Shown one piece after another: positions 63,490 to 64,000 of a DNA stretch of 64,000 nt. The stretch is from Macrostomum lignano (taxonomy: Eukaryota), in contig NIVC01002731.1 in assembly GCA_002269645.1 (NCBI GenBank), positions 62,001 through 126,000 on the forward strand, read 5' to 3'. How positions within the stretch are numbered: position 1 is the stretch's first letter; every line of letters begins with the position of its first letter. Below the pieces are notes generated by a model, which saw only the letters and a list, made by a program, of their open reading frames with translations, did not search any database and was not told the origin of the DNA. Both the position numbers and the translations under genes were made by a program.

Positions 63490-63995
63490 GCGCCCCTAGG
63501 TGGTAAAGTTTCTAGGTGGTAAAGCCTCTGTGTGGTAAAGCCTCTGGGTGGTAAAGCCTCTGGTTGGTAAAGTCTCTGGGTGGTAAAGCCTCTGGGTGGT
63601 AAAGCCTCTGGGTGGTAAAGCCTCTGGGTGGTAAAGCCTCTGGTGGTAAAGCCTCTGGTGGTAAAGCCTCTGGGTGGTAAAGCCTCTGGGTGGCAAAGCC
63701 TCATGGGTGGTAAAGCCTCTGGGTGGTAAAGCCTCTGGGTGGTAAAGCCTCTGGGTGGCAAAGCCTCATGGGTGGTAAAGCCTCTGGTTGGTAAAGCACC
63801 TGGTGCTAAAGCCTCTGGGTGGTAAAGCCTCTGGTTGGTAAAGCACCTGGTGCTAAAGCCTCTGGGGTGGTAAAGCACCTGGTGCTAAAGCCTCTGGGTG
63901 GTAAAGCACCTGGTGCTAAAGCCTCTGGGGTGGTAAAGCACCTGGTGCTAAAGCCTCTGGGGTGGTAAAGCACCTGGTGCTAAAGCCTCTGTTGC
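63490..63995 (+). repeat. 16-bp minisatellite (GGTAAAGCCTCTGGGT)
   Basis: Tandem copies are directly visible. Confidence 0.95.
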
Positions 63996-64000
63996 ACGCA

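Overview
Eukaryotic, intron-rich animal DNA. The GC-rich exons and minisatellite-filled introns suggest a flatworm such as Macrostomum; this is an inference. I spliced the exons by hand and recovered about 12 genes: an ankyrin/SOCS-box protein, a coiled-coil protein, two tandem PAN+C-type lectins, a RING-CH protein, two head-to-head fibrillar collagens, a C17orf98/SPMAP1-like ciliary protein with a perfect X-box, MAT2B, a class IV sirtuin, a C-type lectin+PAN gene with a rearranged pseudogene, and an unknown 139-aa protein. The spacer between the collagens holds a 43-45 bp satellite with two insertions at the same ACTGACAA motif. One is a 5'-inverted non-LTR retrotransposon with a twin-priming geometry. 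The other is a complete 3.8-kb THAP/P-element-type transposon with 113-bp TIRs and an 8-bp TSD. A 181-bp MITE with related TIRs sits in the sirtuin intron. There is also a CORE-type SINE inside a roughly 2.5-kb CpG-depleted block. I found no CRISPR, rRNA or tRNA genes and no single clearly new multi-gene system. The most unusual items are the collagen pair and the transposon/satellite geometry. All homology calls are from motif recognition, not database searches.
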